Assembly (NCBI GenBank): GCA_004764695.1 | Contig: SMSO01000033.1 | Coordinates: 1,426,001-1,490,000, forward strand | Direction: 5' to 3' | Origin: Schizochytrium sp. TIO01 | Lineage: Eukaryota; Protista; Bigyra: Labyrinthulomycetes | DNA length: 64,000 bases | Part shown: positions 36,201 through 49,400 of the stretch, piece by piece | Layout of the letters: the number at the start of each line of letters is the position of its first letter | Numbering within the stretch: position 1 is the stretch's first letter | Made by a program: the position numbers and the translations under genes | The notes under the pieces: model-generated | What the model was told of the DNA's origin: nothing | The model's database searches: none | The model's input: the letters and a program-made list of their open reading frames with translations, nothing else

Positions 36201-39200
36201 CGCGGTCAAGTGGCCCGTGTCATGATGCTGAAGAAACCACTTCCAGAGGATGTTATTTGGAACCTCTGCGATCTTCACACGCGCTCTGATAGCTCTGCAC
36301 TCCTTCCTGTGGCTGCACTTGAATCAAGTGAGCCTACGTCCCGCCCTGACCCTCTTAGCGGCGGTAGTGCACCGTTACACGGCCCAGTGCCTTTGCCAGG
36401 GTCCTCATCACCGTGGTCGACGGCATCCTTCCTTTCTACTGGCGTTTCTGCCGAGGATACGTCTCAGAAAAAGGCGACAATATACATGCCTGCTACTGCG
36501 ACCTCAGTACCACCCGAGATGTACACTAACCACGATAGCTCTTTGCACCGTACCTGGGATAGTCTTCGCTCTGACATACGTGAATACTTTGTGGAACATG
36601 CTCAAGCCAGCCGATGGGAACGTCTTCCTGCCAAACTGCACAATACAACAATTTTCTCATGGGACGCCAAGCACGTGCGGCGCTCCTCCTCCACGAAAAA
36701 CATGGTGTATTGTATGGATGCTGGCCCACACGGATTGCAAGGAATTTTTTTCCAAGACAAAATCCGTGTTGTTCATCGGCGATTATTTAGTGATGTATTT
36801 GCCAGTGTTGGAGGCATTCTTCGTCTCTTCCCACTGCTTTTGGAGTGTGTACATTTACCTGGGCATTCTACTTCTTCCTGTAGCGTCGATGCAGCCCTGG
36901 CCACTCGCATTATTGCCTTGCTTGCGGATCTCGTCTCTTTTGAACTTTGCCAGGGGATATCCACTCGCCGTGCAGGGCATTTATGGTTTATACAGGGTGA
37001 AAGAGTGCTTGATCTACTTCACACAGTGTTATTAAGTTGTTGTGCCGATGCTCTGCTTCCTGACACAATAATGGCACTCGCAAGCCTAGTTGATGCCGCT
37101 TCACTTATGTATTGCCACGGCACAGATGTTATACTACCACGTCCTGCATCTAACCATTCCAAAAGTTTGCCTTTGGGAGTACGCCAGCAACCTGCCTTCG
37201 TGCAGACAGACCATTATGATACATCATCACCGATCAAGTGCCAGAAACCCTCTACTCAAGAAGGGCTACATTCCATTGCAGGCTACGGTGCGCACCTCGT
37301 ACCGGCTGACCAGTGTCTTCTCACTGCGTCTGTGCGGTTATTATTTGATTTTGCTATTTGGTCGAGTGCATCTTTTGCTGTGCAAGCTGTTTTATTCCAA
37401 GTATTGCATCATCATTTAAGCACTCGCTACGACCTTATTCGCAGGGCTGTTGGTGTTCGACCTTTGCTTGATGCACTTCGCTTTTACTATTACTTGCCTG
37501 AGGAGAGTGGGCACCCATATACTGTAGATCGCCGCCCATGTAAGCTCGAACTTTCTCGTGATGACATTCTTGCGTGCCGGCAAGCGCTTCTCGGTTTGAT
37601 TGATGCTATGCTTTGTGGTGGTCAACAGTATGGCCCGGATCGACTTGCTCCAATGTACATTAGTCCTCTTGGGGATAGTAACTCAGGTAGAACATCCTCT
37701 CCGGTGAACCCTATTGCGGTACCCATTTGGAGCCTATTCCGAAACCTTGGATTGGTTGCTCTTGGGAGTCTGTCTCATATAAAGAAATTGAATGCCTTTT
37801 GGAATTCTGTCAAGCTCAAAAGGGTAACTTTGGTCAGCTTAAAGACACTCTGCGTTTTATAATCTCATTTATAAGTCGTACACGTGATCAACGCATACCC
37901 GGTGTATTAGATCATATCAGGGCACAAGGGAACTTATTCTCTCTTTGGGATTTGCTTGCATCGCCAAATGATGAGATTCAACTATTAGCAATTGATCTCA
38001 TCCATGTGTACACTATCCGAACCGGCCGATCTAAGGAACCTCGCGGGCTGATGGTTGACGGATCAGTTGATGCTGTTGATAGTCTTTTTTGTTTTGATGT
38101 GGAACATGCAGCACTTATGCGAAAGTATCTCACAAAATCAGGTGCCGCTATTTCGACTAGATGTACTGTCGACGCTATCCTTGCGTTTTCTCTCGGTGTT
38201 GACTTTGATTCAAATGGCTTTTGCCAGGCATCTTGGCTAGGTGATATTTCGATGCATTGCCCATCAGAGGTTATTATTTACCCACTGGCTATACGCGTTT
38301 TCTTTGGAGTACTCCTTGCAGACTGCACGCCAGCAGAAGTACGTCTACATGGTTTAAAACGTATCTTCTACTTACTTGATCTTAGCGATTCCCGCAAAGC
38401 TCTTCAAAACGTGACTTTAGTGACGCGCCTGAAAGGCTGGGAATCTTGGCTCCTCGGTTTGGCACATACCCGTGACGCTAGTGGTTACAATTATGGGCCA
38501 CTCTGGAATAGTGTACGAAACAGCGCTCTCGAAACTATGAGCTTGTGTTTATTTCACCGTATGACTGGTCTGTCAAGTCTTGGTGTCGCTTCTTCAAACG
38601 GCCCACCGGCTAGTTTAGCTCAACAGCGTCAGCGATCCTCTGGGCATATTCATGTGCCTTCAACTCCAAATACTAGTTCAGGACATTCTGTTGTGGGTGC
38701 GAATTCTCATGATGAAAGTTTCCATTCGCTTTGGAACGCTCTTAGCTATATTGATTCAGAAACCAAACATCATGGTCTCGACCAAACTTCACTTATTCGA
38801 ACTCATCTGCTGAATAAGCTTCTGCTTCGAGCAATTCAGCTCTTGAGGCAAGCCGATGCTGGCATGCCTGGGTCCTCAGACACTGCATCTCGTTCTCGAG
38901 AACAGCTAAAACTTCTCTGCCGGGCCGGGTGTGAAGAGCTCTTACGCTCAAGAGGTACTTTAACAGGGTGTCACGATGATGATGAACAACCAGATTTGCA
39001 TCGCTCAGCTTCGGCGGATGTTGCCTTGTCAGACCTGGCAATTGCGACAACTCAGGTCATTGCAAAACTTTTCTCTCAGCCCCAAGGCGCTCAAGAAATT
39101 CAATTGCAACGAGATGGACGATCAAAACTTTTCGCATTACAGGAGGCTAGTTACTCAAGGTGGAGCCAGTCTTTGCAGAGAGTTTCACCAAAATTTCTCG

Positions 39201-42200
39201 ATGCTGGTCTTCTTGACCCTTCTGCGGAACAAATGGTACATGTCTGCAAAGCGCGGCTTTCACCCCGGTCACCCCCTGCTTTGGGGCCTAATGATCTCAA
39301 TTCTCTCGCTGAGAAGCCTCCGAATGCACCAGGTGGAGAAGCATGGCTTATTGTGGATCTGGTGGCTGATCAGGTTAAACACAGCATAGAGAAAATTCTT
39401 ACCTTTACAGGACAAGGCAATTCAGGTAGAAAGGTATCGTCCGGGTCTTCAGCGCCATCTGGTTCATCATCCCGTATTTATGCTCTTCGTGAGACTGCGG
39501 CAACTGACCTTAAATTGCTCTGTGACGTGCTGGTTCACTTTGGCATTCTCGACCCAGAAACATCACTGCAGACACCCTTTCGCCGGCGCAAGAATAGCTC
39601 AATGTCAAGCCCTCGGGACCCAGGAAGCCTAGGAGCTCCTAGTCCATACTCACAAGCATCGTCGCTCACACGGACACCGATGTTGATTGGAAGTAATAAT
39701 CTTTCTGCTCTTGGTTCTCCATTCATGGTTGCAAGCCCATCGGAAGGACACTCCATGCCTCCACTTTCTCTTCCTGGACGAGGTCCAACTTCATCAACGT
39801 CTGCTCCAATAGCACTTTCAACATTACCCGTGCACCCACCCCCGCCTCCGCCACATTCATCCCAATCTGGCGAATCCGAATCCGTTTGTACAGGCGATTC
39901 AGAGCAAACTCCGAAGCGACACCGCCAGATGTCTCTGAACAATGATGCTTTCGTTCTTGTTGACGAACCTGATATGCCATTGGTGCGCGGTGATATCGAT
40001 CGTCTCACTGTGCTCTGCCTTGACCTATGCAGAATGCTAAAGGTTCTTTCTGCATCTGAAGATCACGCGAAGCTCGTTGATGTGCTATGCGAATGTGTGA
40101 AAAGAGTTTGCGCTGAGCTTAACGCAAGTGATGCTCAGTTTCCTGATGGACTCGCAAGGTTGATTTGCTGTGACTGGTTCCCAGAAGGTGATGATCTTGA
40201 ATGGGAGTACTCCGATTCTTCAGAACGATTATTTCCGATTTCATGGATCCAAAGCAAGGAAACGGATCGAATCAGACTAGCAGTGCAGCAGCAAAGGCAA
40301 TTTTATGACTGTTTTACCCTATTGCACCGTGAAGCACGTGTTGTGGTTCTTAAACAACGGGTGAAACAACTAAATGATCTACGGAAGCAAGTTGCTCATC
40401 GCCTTGATGCAGCCTCTAAGCAGCGCGGATTGAATCAGTACGAAGAAGAGGTTAGGAAGTCCACTGTTCTTCGATCGCTTCAAGAAAAGGACAGCGAGTC
40501 TCGTCGCCATTGGAAAACAATTCTGCGCACAGCTGCTATTACACCTTCTCCTCTGACGCAATGTAATGTTTCTAGTGCGCGGCGACTAGATCAGTTCTGG
40601 AAATTAGATCGCCGTGAGAATCGTTTGCGCATGCGGCTTCGTTTACGTCGTTCGTTCGGGAAATCTTCACCTATTACAGGAACTGTATCACCATCGGCTT
40701 CACCATCTCTAAGTCCCTTTGATTCAACTAAAGCAAAATCCTCAAGCGAAGCTAACATTGGTGAAGATGCGATGTATTCTCTGTCTAAACGAATTCCATT
40801 AAAGCAGCAGCCAGTGTCAACTCAACCCATTCGGGAAAATACTCCTCCTCTGTCTGGATCACCTTCCCCCTCATCGACCCCTCCTACACAGCCCGGAACC
40901 CCATCACTTTCTACATCAGCTTCCGTTTCGGCAGCATCCTCAACTTCAACAACGGTTCTTGCTGCAACTGATTTGCAAAATGCTTCTCGAAGTGGATCTC
41001 AAGAGAAAATCAGTGCCAATTGCGCTGCAGAATGGGACGTCGTAGAGTTCAATTCTGTTCATTACGCTGCACGAAATGAACATGTCATGCATTCAATCGA
41101 GTGTGAGTTAATCCTTCCTATTTGTGTTGTTCGTGGGCGTATGGATCTAACTGCGCGCCACCTTTACTTTTACGGTGATATCATTGCTCAGCAGGGTGGA
41201 TTCGCTGATATGGATACAAATATCTCGAGCAATGCTCTACTCTCGAAGCGCCGCAGACAATCTCGATGGTCTATTGTTAGTGCACCAAACGAGAGCGTAG
41301 ACACGGATAGCGGAATAGCTGTATCTTCTTCATCTTCATCCTTCACATACGCGAGTGGTCGCTGGTGGCTTGATGAAGATGACGATGAAAATATGAACCG
41401 GCTTCGCCCGCGTCGTTGGGCTCTTGAAGATCTTGTTGACATAGATCTTCGTCGTTACTTACTTCGCCCAACTGCAATGGAGCTCTTTTTTGTCAACCGG
41501 AAGAACTATATGATCAACTTTCGTGGACCAGAGGAAAACCGCCTTGCGTTCGAGTACATTATTCAACAGAAGCCCCCACGATTAACTGGTTTGCCTAGCT
41601 TGGGCCACTCTAGCTTACACAGAAAAACCCTTGTTCCTGAGAAATTGGTTCAATTTCGTAAAGCAGAGTGGACGGACAAGTGGGTGAACTGGGAGATGTC
41701 GACATTTGAGTATCTCATGCATCTGAATACTGCAGCAGGGCGTACGTACAATGATTTAACGCAATACCCCGTGTTTCCATGGGTGCTTACAGATTACACG
41801 TCATCCACATTAGATTTGAATAATCCAGCTGTTTATCGAGACTTGTCTAAACCGGTTGGTGCGTTGGATGGATCACGTTTGAAACGCTTACAAGAAAGGC
41901 GACAAGCTCACGCTTCATTTGAAAGCGAACCAACATTTTTGTACGGGTCTCATTACTCTTCCCCAGGAACAGTTTTGTACTACATGCTTCGCGTAGAACC
42001 GTTTTCTTCTCATGCTAAGGAATTTCAAGGGGGGAATCTAGATCATGCGGACCGCTTATTCCATTGTGTTGCAGAGACGTGGTCTAATTGCCTCACTTCT
42101 GATACTGACGTGAAGGAACTCATCCCAGAATGGTACTATTTCTCAGACATGTTTGAAAATCGGAACAACTTAGACTTGGGTGTTCGTCAGAACGGTGTAA

Positions 42201-44329
42201 AGCTCCACGATGTAGTTCTCCCTCCATGGGCCGAGGGATCCGCTGAGCGGTTTGTTCGCACCAATCGTGATGCACTTGAAAGCGAGTATGTGAGCGAACA
42301 TATACATGAATGGATTGATCTTATCTTCGGTGACAAGCAGCGTGGTCCTGAAGCAGAAAAGGCAAATAATGTGTTTCATCCCTGTAGCTATGAGGATGCT
42401 GTGGATCTAAGCAACGAGCAAGATCCTGTGATCTTGGCTTCTCTTAAGTCAATGATTGCCTATTTTGGACAAACCCCATCACAGCTGTTCAAACGGCCGC
42501 ACCCTCGTCGACAACCACGACCCCGCCCCAAATGTGCGCAAAAACGGGTTATTTTGCGCGCAGAAGTACATACTGCTGCATCATGGCCTATGGCTAAAGC
42601 TCCTACAGCAATCTTTCTTTCACCACCGCCAAAGAAAGTTGCATCCCGAGCTAAGGCAGCCCAGCTTGCCATTGTATCCAACAAGATACGGCAACAGCTT
42701 AGTGATCTGGAAGCGTCAACTTCGTTGACTCAATCTCCAATGTCACCTATGGGTGAACCTCCAAGCCTAATTCGCTCCTCTTCTTGTCCTTCTCCAGTAG
42801 GAGTTTCTATTGATCGCTTGGGCGGGCCGGATATTGCATTGCCTCAAGCTGGGGTCAATACTCCAACATCTGGTGGCATGGGTCTTTCTCACCAGCCGAA
42901 TCTTTTAACAAATGCTGCAAACGCTCTTGTAAATATTGTGGAGGGTAGTGGTGGGTCACCAGCACAAGAAATGCGTAACCGCGGGCTCATGACAACATTT
43001 AGCAACAAAGTGAAAGAAACCACTGACTCCTTGACAACTCAGGCGTATATGGAGACCATGCAGGTCCTTTTTGCAAGCCAAGGTAGGCTTGAAGCAGCAG
43101 AGGTAACTATCTCCCAAACTCTACGAGTCGAGCTACGTCCACCTATTACCATGCGAAGCCCACGTCCTGATTATGACACAACCCATATTTTGCGTTCGCA
43201 TCACCAACGCCTTACAGATGCCTTTTTAAGGAGCTCAACATGCTTAGCTCTTGCAAATGGTGCTGCCATTGCTTGTTGCGGGTACCCTGATAATGCAGTG
43301 AAGCTTCACTCTACCATAGATGGTCAATTTCTTCAAAGTGTACGTCCTCATTCTGGAAGTGGAGCAATCATGTGTATTTCGATGGATAGGGAACAGCGCT
43401 TCTTGGCTGCTGGAGCTCAAGATGGCTCGATTATCATATGGAAGCTTGACGAGCCAGCAAAGGCAGAGGAAACCGTGCGCTCAGCTGTAGACCATCGCCA
43501 AGACGAGCACCCGTCAGACCCGAGATCACCTTCAGCAGTGGAGCCTCAAGTCGACATTTTTGAGGAAAATGAGCGTAGCACAAACGACCTAAATGGCAGA
43601 AAATCGAGTAGTTCTACAGGCAGCAGCAGCCCCACTGGCAGCGAGGGTATTGATCACAATAACCTTGATACTCAATCTGCATCTGTCACATTATTTAGCA
43701 GAATCATGTCAGCATTTACTCAGAAAAAGCGTGAGCACGAGCCTATTCTGGATGACCGAGCTGGTCCTGCCCACTGGATTGTAGGTTTTCACGACGCTCC
43801 CATTTCGAGTGTGGCTCTCGATGGTGACCTTGATATCATTGTATCTACTGCAGTCTCCAGCAGAGCTGTCATGGTTCACACTCTTAGTGACGGCCTGTTT
43901 CTACGTACGATTGACCTTCCGATTACAGCTGTTGGCTGCGTTGTTTTGTCGCAGCTCTGTGTTTCCCGCTTAGGCAAAATTGTTGTCCAGGTATTGGACT
44001 GTGATTCGGGGGCCTCGTGGCTACAGATCTTGCATGTAAATGGAAAATGTCTAGAGAGGGCTTTGCTGAGCGAACCTGTGCTTGATCTTCGCCTAATGTC
44101 TTCAGGACGTCATTGTGTTGCTGTACATTCTCGACAAGTTCGCATTTTTGATATCGAGGACCTCACGAGTGACCTTTTGGTATTTGACCTAGGTGAGACT
44201 GAATCCGCTCAGATAGCTGGCGCAGCTTTATCCACAGACGAGCTCAGCGTTGGTATCGTCTTGAGCGATGGTCGATCCTCCTGGCATTGTATTGGTGATA
44301 ATTTCCGTCAATGCTGCCATGCTATTTGA
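33299..44329 (+). CDS. Neurobeachin/LRBA-type BEACH-domain protein (~3,680 aa), two frameshifts (+1 at 33709-33712, -1 within 37691-37860)
   Basis: ConA-like WPADGFTFAIWF; FASVGGILRLFPLL; WKLDRRENRLRMRLRL; PH RRYLLRPTAMELF; BEACH MSTFEYLMHLNTAAGRTYNDLTQYPVFPWVL, YGSHYSS, DVKELIPEWYY, FGQTPSQLF; C-terminal WD40. Three ORFs (33014, 33681, 37727) abut in shifted frames. The start codon is tentative. Confidence 0.92.
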
Positions 44330-44516
44330 TGATAAGTGTATAGGCAAGACTGTTTCTCTTGTCATGTATGAAATTCTTTTTATCAATAATTGCGAAATCA
44401 TTATGTATATATCTATCTATCTGGCTTGATCCTTTGATGACCTTGATTCTGCTCATTTCATCGCAAGTACTCTCGTGTGCGGTTGATGATGTGCCAAGGA
44501 TTTTCACAATGTTTTC

Positions 44517-45680
44517 TTACGCCACAACCGGTGCGGTATTCGCTGATGCAACGCCGTTTGTATTCTTGGAAACGTTGGGAATTGGGATGCGGATTTTGTA
44601 GAGTTGCCAAGGTTTCTCTGCCGATGGCAGATTGAGTGAATAATCCTGTTTGTCGGGGCCACCTAGGCTAGTTTGGTTATCTTCCATTTCCTCTTGAAGA
44701 TGGAGATCACTTTGAAAAGTACCAGATGTCACGTACAAGAGGGAGTCGAGCAGGGGTTGAGGCGGAGAGAATCGTTTCAGCATGGCGCTCAGCTGTCTAC
44801 CTGGCCCAAGCTCAATGAAGACATCGCCATCAGTAAATTCAGTCACCAGTGTCTTCAAGGTGTTTTCCCACTGAACGGGAGAGACAAGCTGCTCAGTAAG
44901 AGATTTTCTTACACTGTCGGCAGAGAAGTCATGGTAATGGTCACCAGTCGTGTTCGCAAACACTCTAACGTGAGATTCTGGATATTTAAAGTTGCATTGA
45001 AAAAGCGCTGCATCAAGCCGCTGAATTGCCGGCTCCATAGCTTCGGTATGAAACGCCCCAGCTACAGGAAGACGACGTACAATTCTAGCTCCAGCTCGTT
45101 TGGCGGGCAATTCTATCGCTTCAAGTGCATCATTGTCTCCTGACACGACCGCGCAGCCAGGAAAGAGATAATTTGCAACAGCCAAATTTTGTCCAACTTC
45201 AAGAATTTTAGCTTTTACATGGGCGCAAACTTCCTCGAGTTCCACTCTTGTAAGGCCCACGACTGTGGTCATACCTCCAACTCGCATTTCTGCAGTGTCC
45301 TGCATAGCGTTCGCTCGCTCCTGTACGCAACGGAGTGCATTTTCGAAGGAAAAAATTCCGGCAGCAGTCAGTGCAGTATATTCTCCAAGACTCAGTCCCG
45401 CCAAGACAAGGTCATAGTCTTCAGCTTTGAAATAGTCTGGCTTAGCAGCTTTCAGTTCTTGAAATGCGATCCACGCGCCGACGAACATAGCTGGCTGACT
45501 GTATAAAGTCTGGTTGAGTTTCTCAAGTGGGCCATCAGAGCAAAGCTTTTCTAAATCATAGCCTAAAATCCTGTTTGCAGTAGCGAGGATGTCTTTGCTA
45601 ATCTTCGTGTGAGCATGAATCATCCCCAGTGACTGGGCTCCTTGTCCAGGAAACAACACAACAGTTTTGGGCTTCGTCAT
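44517..45680 (-). CDS. fabD: Malonyl-CoA:ACP transacylase (FabD/MCAT) with C-terminal extension; true stop may be 44458 via a frameshift
   Basis: LFPGQGAQ, TLYSQPA, GLSLGEY (catalytic Ser), R..AMQ, VAGAFHT, QLVSPVQW, ELGPG. Confidence 0.93.
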   Translation of the reverse strand: MTKPKTVVLFPGQGAQSLGMIHAHTKISKDILATANRILGYDLEKLCSDGPLEKLNQTLYSQPAMFVGAWIAFQELKAAKPDYFKAEDYDLVLAGLSLGEYTALTAAGIFSFENALRCVQERANAMQDTAEMRVGGMTTVVGLTRVELEEVCAHVKAKILEVGQNLAVANYLFPGCAVVSGDNDALEAIELPAKRAGARIVRRLPVAGAFHTEAMEPAIQRLDAALFQCNFKYPESHVRVFANTTGDHYHDFSADSVRKSLTEQLVSPVQWENTLKTLVTEFTDGDVFIELGPGRQLSAMLKRFSPPQPLLDSLLYVTSGTFQSDLHLQEEMEDNQTSLGGPDKQDYSLNLPSAEKPWQLYKIRIPIPNVSKNTNGVASANTAPVVA

Positions 45681-45961
45681 TTTAAAAAACCCAATTTGGG
45701 GTATGTATAAACGTATTGATGCTGGAGAAAGGAGACGATTAATTAAGGACGTGTTTGGGTTTTGCTGTACGCTGCCGTCTTCAATCGGGCAAATATTTCT
45801 TGAGATTTATACTTTGATTGGTGAAGGTTAAGGATTATAGGCTGCCTATGCACAGAGAAGATAGTAGACTCGTGTTGCCCAAGAAGCACTAAGAGATTTT
45901 CTTAGTTCTTGAGAGCATGAGAAGGTTAAAATGAATGCCATGGTCTTTTTTTTTTTTTTTC

Positions 45962-46006
45962 CTTCTTCTTCCTTTTCTTCTTCTTCTTCTTCTTCTTCTT
46001 CTTCTT
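45962..46006. repeat. (CTT)n microsatellite following poly-T
   Basis: T-run 45946-45960, then cttcttcttctt units. Confidence 0.9.
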
Positions 46007-46414
46007 TTCCTTAAAATCAAACCTCTACTACATTCAAAACATCCGAGTCTTTCTGTCAATTGGAGACTCGAGTTCTATTCTAACTTTGCAAGGAGTCGAT
46101 AGGAAGAGAAAAAAAGGGAAAAAAAGAGAGACACAGGGGAGGAATTTTGACAATGGTCATATATGACCGACACGACATTGCGATGTGAGTCAGTTGATGA
46201 CACCATAAGAATGAATTTTTATATATCGATATGAGCTAAAATAATGCGAATTTGGAAAAGGCTATTAAAAAGCGTCTTGTTGAGACCCCAGAAGACAGGT
46301 CTATTTGAGCTCTTCATTTTTTAATATTGGTTCATTATTTTAATATTATTGTTAAAATATGTGGTAAGGAAAGAGTAACAGATGGATGTGTCAACATGTG
46401 CAGAGAAAAGCAGA

Positions 46415-49400
46415 TCAAATTGCCCACGCCTCAGCTTCGCGTTCTTCATCTTCAGAGATGAATGGCTCAGCAATCGATTGGATCATTAAATCACCGCAGA
46501 AGGGACAAGCAGCAGCAATGAAGTTGTCCAATGCAGACAGTTTCTCGCGATCCTCTTTGGACAAGGTGGTCGGGTCACGAGGAGCACCCCTTGGGAGTCC
46601 ATGTGAGACTCCTGTGTCTATTGGGTCAACAGAAGTTGCAGTGACTGAGTCCAGCGTTGACGTCACAGTGACGTCGCCGTTCAAGCCTGCCTGCACTTCT
46701 TCTTGCAGTTCTAGGTAGGAACGCAGAAGATCGATCTTGTTTTGCTGATCCTTGCCAACATGACGAGCTACTTCATTCAAAAGACATGTGGAGTGAAACG
46801 CATGTGTGCAAGGGAAAACATAAAAGGCCTTCTCAAGGACGGGCAGCCCGCATAAGTCACATGAGTAGTCTGGATTTACAACCATGAAAGTGTCATTCTG
46901 TGCATTAATTTCATCCCGGATGGCTTCAGCAGCGTCAGTAAACTCAGCCATCTCAGCTTTCAGAGAGTCAATTTCTTGGCCATAGTGTTCTAAAGTACGG
47001 CAGATCTCATCCTTAAGCTCACCAATGGCAACAACATCTGGGAGGAACTGGAGGACATCCTCAATGGTCAGTGCATCGGACTCACTTAGCAAAAGTAATG
47101 CTCTCTGGATAGGTGCCTCAGCATCAATAGATGTGGACTGTTGCTCAACTGCTGCTTTTATTTCATGCTCTGCAATCATCAACCACAACTTGCGACGTGT
47201 TGCTGCATCTTGTGCCATACCAGCGTTAAATTTAGCTAGATCGAGATCCACCTTTAAAGCCAGCTCTACAGCCTCGGCATAGAGATCCATGATGGAATAA
47301 ATATCGACAGCAGCATTGGTCTGATTGTGCTCACTGCAGACGCGAAGCGCATACTTGAGGTCAAAACATCGGTTCGGAGACTGAAGAAACTTTCGCAGGG
47401 CTCCATCATCCGGACGTGCTGCGTATAGTGACAACAGTAGATTGTGGATCGCTTCGCTTTGGTTTCCCTGTACATTAATACAGTGCTCAAGATAACGTAC
47501 AGCTTCCGCAGGGTCCTTCCCTGCTGAGCTTTGAGTAAAACGTACAATCGCAGGAATCAGCTTGCAAGGGTCCAAAAAACTGGAATCGATCCATGTATCA
47601 ACAAGCTCAGAAGGTTGATGCTCGATGAGTTCTGGAGAGTATTTATAAAAGAGATTGAGGATAGCAGCGGGAGGGTCTTCATCCATGCTTCGCCAAACTT
47701 GGCTTTGAGCAGCTAAAGTATCGACAGAGAGATCATAACGACCACGAAGCATATGTCGCACAATAACACGCTCATAATCCCCATTAATCTTTGCATAGGC
47801 TAAAAAGTCAGAATCACGGCCGTGTCCTGCAATCAGCTTGTAAATGGTGTCTTTGGTGGGGCGCAATGTCAATACGTAGTCTCTCATAAAACTGTGAAAT
47901 TCATCCTCCAAGGAATCAACCTCAGCTTGCTTACTAGGATCTTCGCCCTTGGTTGCCTCATCGGACAGTGTTGTAATTGTTTCTAAGTAAATCTCCACGA
48001 GCCAGACGCAAACAATTGTGCGTTGCGTATTTTGGGTCGTTGGCAGTTTGGCAAGCTTGAGCAACAAATACGTCCGCAAAGATTTTCGTTGGTTGCTGTC
48101 AATAAACATTAAAGAGACATCTTCAAATGAGCGACGACACTCAGCGTAGTCTTCAGCAGCAAGGTCATACTCTTGCGAAGAAAAGTAATAGTCAGCACGA
48201 AGAGAAATTACCTTGTCGCGCTGTGCGTCTGTCTTACATTTCTGCAAGGCTTCGTCAAACTTTGATGGATCTCCCGCTCGCGCTTGATCAAGAAAGAGTT
48301 TCCAAACATTTCCATCCTCGTTTTGAATGAGAAGTCGTTGGATATCTAATTTACTGCATAAAAATATTTCGAGGCGAGCAGGGTCCCATACGAGGCTGAG
48401 TGTTGCACCTAGACGCGCCGAGTCAATCTTTTGTTCGTATACGACCTCTTCATTGAGCTTGCCAACCACAATGAGCCAAGATGCGTAGAGAAGCACGTAG
48501 TGGAACTCTGTTTCTACGGCAGACAAGGGCGGACCTGCAAGCTCCTCACCAGTCCCCTTTGTGCGTGAAGGGAAATAAATCATATTGTGACGGCTTGTTA
48601 CCTTTTCCCCGCTTTGTGAGTCGGCAGTAAACTCAAGACGGCCAATGTAAAGACCACCCTCAGAGAGTAGCATGAAAGACGATGGGCGAGCACTTGCAGA
48701 TTCTGCAAAACACCGGAGCTCTGAATAGGCCATTTCGCCTGGAAGCTCGCGGAAGGATTGATGTTCGGGTGCTTCGTAAAGCTTGAACATGGACTCCAAT
48801 GTGGGTCCACCAGAAAACTCATAGAACCGGGTTAATGGCGCCGTGACAGCCATGACATACCATGATACAGTACCACGACTGGGTCGAAGTCGGATTGTTT
48901 CAAGTCCACATACTGGAATAGACATTCCTAGCTGATATACCTTTTGAATGTATTTTTTCTCTTTACCTCGTAGTGCATCTTCGATCGAGACTTCCCAGAT
49001 CCCGCCACGTGAAGAACCAAGCAAAATGGTACCCGTTGAGTCACGAAGTTGGTTCTCCCTGTCCCAACCAATACTATCAATGACAACATCCTTTAGTCTT
49101 TGAATTGGGCCACGGCTTTTGACGGTTGTAGTATTGGCGCTGGCAATACTAACATAATAGTTATCACCATTCTCAAGTGAAATGACTGCGTGATGGCCCA
49201 AAGGACAGATGAAACATTTATGCACGGGGTTTTGACGTGGGTCATGCGAGCTAATTTGCACCTGAACTTTTCGATGTGACTGTGCAAGCCAAAGCCATAC
49301 CTGCTCCGTGGTGCCACTACCAGCAGCTACTACAAAAATACTATTCCCGTTTCCTGATGTCATAGAACGGAGACTTGACACATCGTTGCCAAGGCCGTAT

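Noticed and set aside
36250-37035. 261-aa alternative-frame ORF within BEACH
   Set aside because: The main frame holds the conserved motifs here; the overlapping frame has no recognisable features.
37687-37732. Candidate 46-nt GT-AG intron to explain the BEACH frameshift
   Set aside because: Its removal lands in the wrong frame.
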